From the NCBI RefSeq assembly GCF_013315695.1, contig NZ_CP054353.1: 64,000 bases of DNA; one strand, 5' to 3'. Every line of letters begins with the position of its first letter. The stretch's first letter is position 1. Origin of the DNA: Escherichia coli (GTDB lineage: Bacteria > Pseudomonadota > Gammaproteobacteria > Enterobacterales > Enterobacteriaceae). Below are positions 42,981 through 50,818 of this stretch, one piece after another. The translations under genes were made by a program, and so were the position numbers. The notes under the pieces were generated by a model, which made no database searches, was not told the origin of the DNA, and saw only the letters and a program-made list of their open reading frames with translations.

Positions 42981-43433
42981 AAATGTCTCACAATTCAGAC
43001 GGTTGACAGTTGTCTGTTTTGCGGGGAGTTTGTTAAAAGAAACTGGCATGGTGAATCCCCCTGTGCGGAGGGGCAATCAGCAACTGGTGTTTTGTCACCG
43101 ACCCTTATCCTTTCTGTGCGGGTTCAGGTGCTGATACTGAACTCACCGGGAGGCACCCGGCATCATGTGCATGATGATACAGATACGCGGCTTTAGCCCC
43201 TCTCCGGAGGGGCTTTCTTGTGGGCAAAAAAAAGCCCGAGTGGGTTCGGGCAACAGCATGAGATATACATTTTTATAATCGAATGGATTTTAACCAGAAT
43301 TCATAAGGCTGCGCAACTGCGCGGTCTTTTTCGAATTGCGGGCTGTCGTCTCTCTTCTGCCATTGTCCTGTAACTTCCGGACTTCAGCCCGCTCCTTATT
43401 TTACTCACAATATTATCCCGGCCGGGAGGATTC

Positions 43434-45395
43434 ATGGCATTTAAACACTATGACGTGGTCAGGGCGGCATCGCCGTCAGACCTTGCGAAACGACTGACAC
43501 AAAAACTGAAGGAGGGGTGGCAGCCATTTGGCAGTCCGGTGGCCATCACGCCTTATACCCTGATGCAGGCCATTGCGGCGGAAGGTGATGTCACCACACC
43601 TGTGGTGGTGAAGCCGTCGGATGGAGAAGGCGCAGTTATCAGCAACACCAGCAACCCGGAGTATTACTTTGTTGTTGCCCTGGCCGGGCAGTCAAACGGT
43701 ATGGCGTATGGTGAAGGGCTTCCGCTGCCGGAGACATATGACCGTCCGGACCCGCGTATTAAACAGCTGGCGCGTCGCAGCACTGTCACGCCGGGTGGTG
43801 CGTCCTGTAACTACAATGACATTATTCCTGCGGACCACTGCCTGCATGATGTTCAGGATTTGAGTAAGTTTTCACACCCGAAAGCCAGCGCAGCTCAGTA
43901 TGGATGCGTGGGGCAGGGATTACATATCGCGAAGAAATTGTTGCCGTTTATTCCGGCGAATGCCGGTATTCTTCTGGTTCCGTGCTGCCGTGGTGGTTCT
44001 GCATTTTTGGCGGGCGATGAAGGTACCTTCAGCGAATCCACCGGCGCAAGCGAGACCTCGGCACGCTGGGGTGTAGATAAGCCACTGTACAAGGACCTGC
44101 TTACCCGTACTCAGGCCGCACTGAAGGCCAACCCTAAAAATATTCTGCTTGCAGTGGTCTGGATGCAGGGCGAGTTTGATTTGAAACAGGGTGCATACGC
44201 CACTCAGCCGGGGCTGTTTGATTCCATGGTGGAAAAATATCGTTCTGACCTGTCGGAATTCGGAGGTCAGTGTCTCGGGGGCTCTCCGTCATCAGTTCCC
44301 TGGATTTGTGGCGACACGACCTACTACTGGAAGCAGACTTATTCTTCGCAATACGATGCGGTGTATGGTGCATATAAGACGAAATCCGCAAAAAAAATCT
44401 TCTTTGTGCCGTTTATGACGGATGAAAACGGGCGAAATGTGGGTACCAACGAGCCGTCAGAAGATCCGGATGTTGCGGATATTGGGTATTACGGAGCCGG
44501 TGGTCGAACGGACGCCAAAACCTGGACGACGGCTGACCGTAAAACGCATTTTGGATCATGGGCACGTCGTGGGATTATTTCCGACCGTCTGGCAACGGCG
44601 ATTCTTGTGCATGCCGGGAGAACCGCTGAATTCATTACCGGAAAACAGCCTGATACGGTGAAGCCCACCGGACCTTCCGGTGAAGGTACGGAGAGAGAGC
44701 CGGAAGGTCCGGTCAGTAACCGAACCCTGATGAGTCTGCTGGCGTCCGGCGAAGACCTGGCATCACAGGGCTGGCGCTATTATCACAAACCGGCGAGCGG
44801 AGACAATGTTAACAAAAACATTGCTGAAGCGGTGGTCAGTGATGCGGGGGCTACGGGAGGTAAGGCCCTGCAACTGAATAAACCGGAAAACCACATCTGG
44901 TTTCTGGAGCATGATGCAGCCGGGCAGGGGGCAGAGTTGCTGAAGAAAGGAGGACGTGTGAGCGTACGGTTTAAGTTGCCGGGTTCACTGGTGCCGAATC
45001 AGTTTGCCCTGGGCATTTACTGGCAGTTGTCGTCCCTGCCGGAGGGAGTGACGCTGGCAGAGGAAGGCAACGACATGCTGATGTCCTTCTTTCTGCAGAC
45101 GGATGCGACGAACCTGAACGCGATGCACCACAAGAAGCCGAATGCGAAGCTGGAAACGTTCGGGGTCTTTGATAACGGATGGCACACACTGGCTTTTGAG
45201 TTTGCCGGAAACAACAGCATTCAGGTGACGCCGGTACTGGATGAGAAACGGGGGACGCCGTTCACACTGGTGAAATCTCCGGCATCAGGGGCGGCGGACA
45301 AACTGCAACTGACAGGCATATCAAAGGCGGCGACATATACGCTGCTGATTGACAGTGTGAAGGTGGAAGTGAACAACGCGGATGCCGCGGCATGA
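43434..45395 (+). CDS. nanS-p: prophage sialate O-acetylesterase NanS-p (DUF1737 + SASA/SGNH-type esterase + C-terminal domain), 653 aa
   Basis: N-terminus MAFKHYDVVRAASPSDLAKRLTQKLKEGWQPFGSPVAI (DUF1737). Esterase motif VALAGQSNGMAYGEG. Same position as the gene downstream of stx in Stx phages. Confidence 0.85.
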   Translation: MAFKHYDVVRAASPSDLAKRLTQKLKEGWQPFGSPVAITPYTLMQAIAAEGDVTTPVVVKPSDGEGAVISNTSNPEYYFVVALAGQSNGMAYGEGLPLPETYDRPDPRIKQLARRSTVTPGGASCNYNDIIPADHCLHDVQDLSKFSHPKASAAQYGCVGQGLHIAKKLLPFIPANAGILLVPCCRGGSAFLAGDEGTFSESTGASETSARWGVDKPLYKDLLTRTQAALKANPKNILLAVVWMQGEFDLKQGAYATQPGLFDSMVEKYRSDLSEFGGQCLGGSPSSVPWICGDTTYYWKQTYSSQYDAVYGAYKTKSAKKIFFVPFMTDENGRNVGTNEPSEDPDVADIGYYGAGGRTDAKTWTTADRKTHFGSWARRGIISDRLATAILVHAGRTAEFITGKQPDTVKPTGPSGEGTEREPEGPVSNRTLMSLLASGEDLASQGWRYYHKPASGDNVNKNIAEAVVSDAGATGGKALQLNKPENHIWFLEHDAAGQGAELLKKGGRVSVRFKLPGSLVPNQFALGIYWQLSSLPEGVTLAEEGNDMLMSFFLQTDATNLNAMHHKKPNAKLETFGVFDNGWHTLAFEFAGNNSIQVTPVLDEKRGTPFTLVKSPASGAADKLQLTGISKAATYTLLIDSVKVEVNNADAAA

Positions 45396-45546
45396 TAAAA
45401 AAAGGCCGCCAGCAATGAAGGAAAGGGATGAACTGTGTCCACTACATGAATGCTGGCGGCTGGTAAAACGACCACGATGACACCGAAGTTTGCGATATTT
45501 TTCTACAAAAATAAGTAAATCATGTCAACTATCACGGTGAGAAACC

Positions 45547-45729
45547 ATGACATTTCTGAACCAGTTAATGCTGTACTTCTGTACGGCAGTCTGTGTTATG
45601 TATCTTCTTTCGGGTGGGTACAGGGCAGTGCGCGATTTCTGGCGCAGGCAGATTGATAAAAGGGCCGCTGAGAGAATCAGCGCCAGTCAGTCAGCCGGAA
45701 GCAAACCCGAAGATCCGCTCATTCCGTAG
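45547..45729 (+). CDS. hypothetical small membrane protein (60 aa)
   Basis: One transmembrane segment (LMLYFCTAVCVMYLLSGG) and a basic tail. Confidence 0.5.
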   Translation: MTFLNQLMLYFCTAVCVMYLLSGGYRAVRDFWRRQIDKRAAERISASQSAGSKPEDPLIP

Positions 45730-45766
45730 TCACTTTCTTGACAACACCTTTCAACGAGAAAATCCC

Positions 45767-46036
45767 ATGTCAGAAATCACATCCCTGGTCACTGCTGAGG
45801 CAGTGAAGGAAGTCCTGCGCTCTGAAGAAGTCCTGAGCGCACTGAAACAGAAACTCCGCCAGAACCTTGAGGCGCGTCTTGATGCAGAAGTGGATGCCAT
45901 TCTGGATGAGCTGCTGGGCGTACCAGCGGTTCCGGAGCCGGAAGGCATTGCGGATGACAGTACTGTTTCAGATGGCGTCGGGTCTCAGCCTGACGGTAGT
46001 GAAGAGCCTCAGCCTGACGGCGAAATGATGATGTAA
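45767..46036 (+). CDS. hypothetical acidic protein (89 aa)
   Basis: Within ORF 45593-46036. Start taken at MSEITSLVTAEAVKEVL. Coiled-coil-like N-terminal half and an acidic tail. Confidence 0.5.
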   Translation: MSEITSLVTAEAVKEVLRSEEVLSALKQKLRQNLEARLDAEVDAILDELLGVPAVPEPEGIADDSTVSDGVGSQPDGSEEPQPDGEMMM

Positions 46037-46111
46037 CCATGCGCAGGGGGTGTCGGTGTGAGCTGATGCCCCACTTGTTGTTGTGAGCTTCCGGATTGCG
46101 GGAGACGGGGT

Positions 46112-46327
46112 ATGTACCAGATGGAAAAAATCACAACAGGTGTGTCATACACCACGTCAGCGGTGGGAACGGGCTACTGGTTCCTGCAGTTGCTGGACAG
46201 GGTTTCCCCGTCTCAGTGGGCGGCAATAGGCGTGCTGGGGAGTCTGCTGTTTGGGCTGCTGACATATCTGACTAACCTGTATTTCAAAATCAGAGAGGAC
46301 CGGCGTAAGGCGGCGCGGGGAGAGTAA
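46112..46327 (+). CDS. S: holin, phage 21 S-type (pinholin-like), 71 aa with dual-start motif
   Basis: [10 protein letters not shown]...[51 protein letters not shown] closely resembles S21/Stx-phage holins (from memory). Met1 and Met4 give the dual start. Confidence 0.85.
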   Translation: MYQMEKITTGVSYTTSAVGTGYWFLQLLDRVSPSQWAAIGVLGSLLFGLLTYLTNLYFKIREDRRKAARGE

Positions 46328-46331
46328 AGTG

Positions 46332-46682
46332 ATGAATAAAAAATATGAACTGGTTGTTAAGGGGATAAATAATTACGGGGATAAGGTTACTGTTACTGTG
46401 AAGCCGGAAGGTGACGGGCAAGCGTCGCTGTTGTTGCCAGATGTGGCGATTAGTCTTGACCGTACTGAAGGTGCCACGCTGGAGTTTTACGAAGCTGAGG
46501 CGAAAAAGCAGGCGAAGCAGTTTTTCATGGATGTTGCTGCCGGGTTATGTGAAGGGGATGGTCCGTTGCCGGAAAAGCGCCCCGTAATTTTAGAGGCGCA
46601 GGATGTGTTGATAACCTACAAAGGAAAGCTACCGGGAAGAATTACTGGTTCTCTGAAGACTCCACCGGAATCACAACCTTAA
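46332..46682 (+). CDS. hypothetical 116-aa protein inserted between holin and endolysin
   Basis: ORF 46329-46682 (GTG ATG). No recognisable family. Starts 5 nt after the holin stop. Confidence 0.5.
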   Translation: MNKKYELVVKGINNYGDKVTVTVKPEGDGQASLLLPDVAISLDRTEGATLEFYEAEAKKQAKQFFMDVAAGLCEGDGPLPEKRPVILEAQDVLITYKGKLPGRITGSLKTPPESQP

Positions 46683-46745
46683 TTCACTGACCGGAACAGA
46701 TAAACCTGTCCGTGGGCAGAAACCGATAAATCCTGATAAATATCC

Positions 46746-47279
46746 ATGAACGCAAAAATCAGATACGGCCTGTCGGCTGCCGTTCTGGCGCTGATTGCCG
46801 CAGGTGCGCCTGCGCCTGACATTCTCGACCAGTTTCTGGATGAAAAGGAAGGTAACCACACCACGGCATACCGTGATGGTGCGGGTATCTGGACTATCTG
46901 CCGCGGTGCCATCCTGGTGGATGGCAAACCTGTCGTTCCGGGCATGAAGTTGTCGAAGGAAAAATGCGACCAGGTTAACGCCATTGAGCGTGATAAAGCG
47001 CTGGCGTGGGTGGAGAAAAACATCAGAGTGCCGCTGACCGAACCCCAGAAAGCGGGGATCGCGTCATTCTGTCCGTACAACATTGGTCCCGGTAAGTGTT
47101 TCCCGTCGACGTTTTATAAACGAATTAATGCAGGTGATCGCAGGGGAGCGTGTGAGGCGATTCGCTGGTGGATTAAGGACGGTGGCAGAGACTGCCGTAT
47201 CCGCTCAAACAACTGTTATGGTCAGGTATCCCGTCGTGACCAGGAGAGCGCGCTGGCGTGCTGGGGAATCGACAGATAA
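46746..47279 (+). CDS. R: SAR endolysin, GH24 lysozyme
   Basis: Weakly hydrophobic Ala/Gly-rich N-terminus (YGLSAAVLALIAAGAPAP) typical of signal-anchor-release domains. Catalytic E-x8-D-x5-T (EGNHTTAYRDGAGIWT). Confidence 0.85.
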   Translation: MNAKIRYGLSAAVLALIAAGAPAPDILDQFLDEKEGNHTTAYRDGAGIWTICRGAILVDGKPVVPGMKLSKEKCDQVNAIERDKALAWVEKNIRVPLTEPQKAGIASFCPYNIGPGKCFPSTFYKRINAGDRRGACEAIRWWIKDGGRDCRIRSNNCYGQVSRRDQESALACWGIDR

Positions 47280-47369
47280 GCAGAATATTTTGCTGAAAAA
47301 TAAGGCATGGCCACGCGGGCGGATAACACGAAATCCTGCGAACTGGCGAAACGTAAGTGAATAAAAGTA

Positions 47370-47408
47370 AAAACCCCGTTTGTTGGCACCAAGCGGGGTT
47401 TTGTGTTT
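47370..47408 (+). terminator. strong hairpin plus T-rich tail between R and Rz
   Basis: AAAACCCCG...(TTGG-CA-CCAA inner stem)...CGGGGTTTT followed by GTGTTT. Confidence 0.5.
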
Positions 47409-47477
47409 CCTGACTCCGGAAAAGTCAAAGGAGAAAGTGTGTTTGATTTTAGCAAACTGATTCGGGAGATTCGAGTG

Positions 47478-47576
47478 ATGGCTGAAAAATTATCCACCTG
47501 GAAGTTCATTCTTATCTGGCTGGTGTTTGTGATTATGGCCTCCGGTTATTTCATCGGTCAGATACGCTGGTGGTGA
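47478..47576 (+). CDS. possible 32-aa single-pass membrane peptide (45 aa if GTG 47439 is used)
   Basis: Below the cutoff. MAEKLSTWKFILIWLVFVIMASGYFIGQIRWW*. AAGGAG lies upstream of the GTG alternative. The stop TGA is 1 nt before the Rz ATG. Confidence 0.35.
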   Translation: MAEKLSTWKFILIWLVFVIMASGYFIGQIRWW

Positions 47577-47577
47577 A

Positions 47578-48015
47578 ATGAACCGCGTACTGTGCGTGGT
47601 CATCATTGCCCTGCTGGTGGCCTGTGGTGCGCTTAGTCTGGGGCTGAATCATTACCGTGATAACGCCATGACCTACAAAGAGCAGCGCGATAAAGCCACA
47701 TCCATCATCGCTGATATGCAGAAGCGTCAACGTGATGTAGCAGAACTCGACGCCAGATACACAAAGGAGCTTGCTGATGCTAACGCGACTATCGAAAGTC
47801 TCCGTGCTGATGTTTCTGCTGGTCGTAAGCGCCTGCAAGTCGCCGCCACCTGTGCAAAGTCAACGACCGGAGCCAGCAGCATGGGCGATGGAGAAAGCCC
47901 AAGACTTACAGCAGATGCTGAACTCAATTATTACCGTCTCCGAAGTGGAATCGACAAGATAACCGCGCAGGTTAACTACCTGCAGGAATACATCAGGACG
48001 CAATGCCTGAAATAA
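47578..48015 (+). CDS. Rz: i-spanin Rz
   Basis: N-terminal transmembrane segment (VLCVVIIALLVACGALSL) and a periplasmic coiled coil. Contains the embedded Rz1 frame. Confidence 0.8.
   Translation: MNRVLCVVIIALLVACGALSLGLNHYRDNAMTYKEQRDKATSIIADMQKRQRDVAELDARYTKELADANATIESLRADVSAGRKRLQVAATCAKSTTGASSMGDGESPRLTADAELNYYRLRSGIDKITAQVNYLQEYIRTQCLK
47771..47962 (+). CDS. Rz1: o-spanin Rz1 lipoprotein, embedded in the +1 frame of Rz
   Basis: Lipobox LLVVSAC followed by the proline-rich CKSPPPVQSQRPEPAAW. Exact start (47771 or 47777) is uncertain. Confidence 0.7.
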   Translation: MLMLTRLSKVSVLMFLLVVSACKSPPPVQSQRPEPAAWAMEKAQDLQQMLNSIITVSEVESTR

Positions 48016-48047
48016 TTTTTTTGCAAATCACAAAGTCAATTTAATGA

Positions 48048-48070
48048 GCCTCGCGATGCGGGGCTTTTTG
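48048..48070 (+). terminator. intrinsic terminator after the lysis cassette
   Basis: GCCTCGC-GAT-GCGGGGC followed by TTTTT. Confidence 0.65.
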
Positions 48071-48076
48071 CAATAA

Positions 48077-48101
48077 ATGCGTACCGCAACGCATGTTTTT
48101 T
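48077..48101 (+). terminator. second tandem terminator
   Basis: ATGCGT-ACCGCA-ACGCAT followed by GTTTTTT. Confidence 0.6.
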
Positions 48102-48216
48102 ACACCGAACCTGCCCCTTTGGAATGGGCCTTTGAGGATACCAGTTAGTGCTGGCGAGCCTCGGTGGGCTGGTTTCCTATGCGGCAAAGGTTCATTTCAA
48201 ATGGTAGGTAAACGTT

Positions 48217-48738
48217 ATGAATATCGTGCCACTTAATTACAAAGGTGAAATTGTCAGTTTCAACACTGATGGTTGGATCAACGTCACAGGTGTTGCTGAG
48301 AGATTTGGAAAACGCATTGATAACTGGATGCGTTTGGCAGAAACGCTTGAATACGTTCGTGCTTTAGACGAAGCGTTGACCGGGAAAGAATCTCAAATTT
48401 TACATCCCTCACAATCGAGGTATGTAAAAACCAGCAAGGCACGAAAGGACAGGGGTGGTGGTACGTGGCTACATCCAAAACTTTCAGTTGCATTTGCCCG
48501 TTGGTGTGATGCTCGTTTTGCTGTGTGGTGCGACCTGCACATTGATAGTCTGCTTCGCGGTGAACTGACTGAGCAGCAGAAATATGAGCAAGCATGTCGC
48601 ATTCGCGATGACCGGAAATCAAAAGCCAGCAATGGGGCAAGAGAGATGGCTCGCTGGCGATGGGATAAGCCGGTTATTGAAGCAAATGTTGAGTACTGGC
48701 GCGAGCAACTGCAGTTGACTCTCGATATCGCGTGCTGA
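48217..48738 (+). CDS. KilA-N domain protein (173 aa)
   Basis: ...FNTDGWINVTGVAERFGKRIDNWMRLAETLEYVRAL...GGGTWLHPKLSVAFARWCDARFAVWCDLHI is the KilA-N pattern. Confidence 0.7.
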   Translation: MNIVPLNYKGEIVSFNTDGWINVTGVAERFGKRIDNWMRLAETLEYVRALDEALTGKESQILHPSQSRYVKTSKARKDRGGGTWLHPKLSVAFARWCDARFAVWCDLHIDSLLRGELTEQQKYEQACRIRDDRKSKASNGAREMARWRWDKPVIEANVEYWREQLQLTLDIAC

Positions 48739-49719
48739 TGGCAAACGCAAAACTGCGTTATCGGAAAAATCAAAGCATTACGAGAACTGAGCAACGGCTA
48801 TCCATTACAAAGCCCATCTACGGGTGGGCTTGATAATGAAACCGGAATTTATTCTTGGCAACCAGTTACGGCAGTACCACGAAACAACCCAAGCCAGTAA
48901 GTGGGGAAATAACACTGGCAGCCACTGAAAGATGAAGCTCCTGCCTTAAGGCAAAAAAGATTCTTTGTGGTGGCGGACTGATGGAAAGACATCGGTTATT
49001 GCAGAGGCCATTCAATGAGTGGTCTCGACAATGGCTTATACCCTACACGGGATAACTTAACTGATATCCCTTTTAAAGGATAAAGGTATTCAAGCCTGAC
49101 ACATCATGCGCTGTATCGTCGCCGTATTCCTGCATTAACAGAGACCGCAGCCCGACAGGGAGACTCCTCTGCGCGAGTGTGCGGGGATAATCAAAAACGA
49201 TACACACCGGGGTTTACCGCGTTAACGGAGCGCGGCGTTGTCCCCTCATAGTCGCCTGTCCGGTGCGATGGTGGAAGAAACCGGATGTTTATCACTATTA
49301 ATTGATGACACAGAAATGGATTCATTGAATTTCAGCACGTTTTTGTATTCGTGTTATTGAACATCTGTTTATTTTACTTTTAACATATTGATAATAAAAA
49401 GAGCTGTAAATCTTTAGATGAGTCGATTTTGTCCGGGGAAGTTCAAATGGATTTTATGCTGACGGTTTCTGGTGTGGTTATCCTGTCCATTGCTTATACT
49501 GCAGATAAATATGGCTGCCATTTGTTATCACGTATTGGCGCTTATTGTTCGTTGATGCTGATTTTCTCGTCGCTTTTTTTTGAGTAAGTTATATTAATTA
49601 TAACAAATAATTTTCTGTGTTATTTTTTCAGGCTATCCCGTCAGAGGGGAAGCCTGTACTGCCGGGGAGCGAATGGAAAACTGATGTGTCCGGTAACTGC
49701 GTGTTCTGTGAACACCATG

Positions 49720-49905
49720 TTACTTAATTATGTAATTCATACCCGAACTCTCTGTTGACAGCCTTCTTCTGCAGGCTTCAATAACCCACGCTGAAAAGTT
49801 TCCTGAACCTTTCAGATCAAGAGCGATGTTAATTTGTTCAATCATCTGGTTTGGAAATCGGATGTTGCGGGTTGTTGTTCTGCGGGTTCTGTTCTTTGAT
49901 GACAT
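49720..49905 (-). CDS. YlcI/YnfO-family small protein (DUF3950-like)
   Basis: MSSKNRTRRTTTRNIRFPNQMIEQINIALDLKGSGNFSAWVIEACRRRL is very close to Qin YnfO / DLP12 YlcI as I remember them. Typical location just before cos. Confidence 0.6.
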   Translation of the reverse strand: MSSKNRTRRTTTRNIRFPNQMIEQINIALDLKGSGNFSAWVIEACRRRLSTESSGMNYIIK

Positions 49906-50112
49906 AATGTTTCCCCATATTCAGTGTTGCTGATTTGTATTATCTGAAGTTGCTTTTACGTTAATTTGATGCAGATCAATTAATACGATACCTGCGTCAT
50001 AATTGATTATTTCTCGTGGTTTGATGGCGTACACACATGTTGTGATAAACCTTATATAGATGATAATCATTATCATTTTCGTGGGTCCTTTCCGGCGATC
50101 CGACCGGTTACG

Positions 50113-50124
50113 GGGCGGCGACCT
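50113..50124 (+). other. cosN, 12-nt cohesive-end sequence identical to lambda
   Basis: ...GGTTACG GGGCGGCGACCT CGCGGATTTTCACTATTTATGAAAATTTTCCGG... matches lambda cos (GGGCGGCGACCTCGCGGGTTTTCGCTATTTATGAAAATTTTCCGG). The cosB region follows up to nu1. Confidence 0.8.
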
Positions 50125-50308
50125 CGCGGATTTTCACTATTTATGAAAATTTTCCGGGATCCATGTCCGGTTTCTCTGCAAGTTAACCATATGAAAAATA
50201 TAAAAACATGCTTTCCATGAACCGGGCATGCGCAAAAAATAGACACTAAAACCGGACATGACCGGTTTTGTTGTGATTGTGAGGTGAGAGTTTTTTGCGA
50301 GGTGAGGA

Positions 50309-50818
50309 GTGGCTACGCAGACTGAAGTTGCCAGGCATTTAAGTCTGACCGATCGCCAGCTTCGCAGATTGCAGAAATTGCCGGGTGCCCCGATATCGAA
50401 TAAGCGAGGGCAACTGGATCTGGATGCCTGGCGCGATTTTTACATATCGTATCTGAGAAGAAGTAAAAACGATGTGCCTGATGGCGATAGCGAAGACGAC
50501 TATGAGGAGAAATTGCTTATTGCCAGATGGGAACTGACAGCAGAACAGGCTGTTACACAGCAGTTAAAAAATGAGGTGTCAAAAGGAAAACTTATTGACA
50601 CCGGGTTCTGTATTTTTGCCCTCAGCAAGCTGGCAATGGCGTTATCCAGTACGCTTGATTCCATCCCTTTATCCATGCAGCGACAGTTTCCTGATTTAAC
50701 ACCGCGCCATCTTGACCATCTGAAAACCCTTATTGCGAAGGGGGCAAATCAGTGTGCGCGGGCGGGGGATAAATTACCGGATTTACTCGATGAATATATC
50801 AGAGCAACAACTGAATAA
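50309..50818 (+). CDS. nu1: terminase small subunit Nu1 (GTG start)
   Basis: The C-terminal half ...FCIFALSKLAMALSSTLDSIPLSMQRQFPDLTPRHLDHLK...LPDLLDEYI parallels lambda Nu1 ...FCTFVLSRIAGEIASILDGLPLSVQRRFPELENRHVDFLK...IPGLLSEYI. Confidence 0.8.
   Translation: MATQTEVARHLSLTDRQLRRLQKLPGAPISNKRGQLDLDAWRDFYISYLRRSKNDVPDGDSEDDYEEKLLIARWELTAEQAVTQQLKNEVSKGKLIDTGFCIFALSKLAMALSSTLDSIPLSMQRQFPDLTPRHLDHLKTLIAKGANQCARAGDKLPDLLDEYIRATTE

Noticed and set aside
42746-43196. ORFs 42746-42991 (minus) and 42819-43196 (plus).
   Set aside because: They run through three tRNA genes and a terminator, so they are artefacts.
42942-43433. Search for stxA/stxB or remnants between the tRNAs and nanS-p.
   Set aside because: No ORF longer than about 30 codons is present and nothing resembles an A or B subunit signal peptide. 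Only hairpins are found.
45410-45463. 10-bp inverted repeat GCCGCCAGCA...TGCTGGCGGC after nanS-p as a terminator.
   Set aside because: The loop is 34 nt and there is no U-tract. It is not reported as a terminator and its function is unknown.
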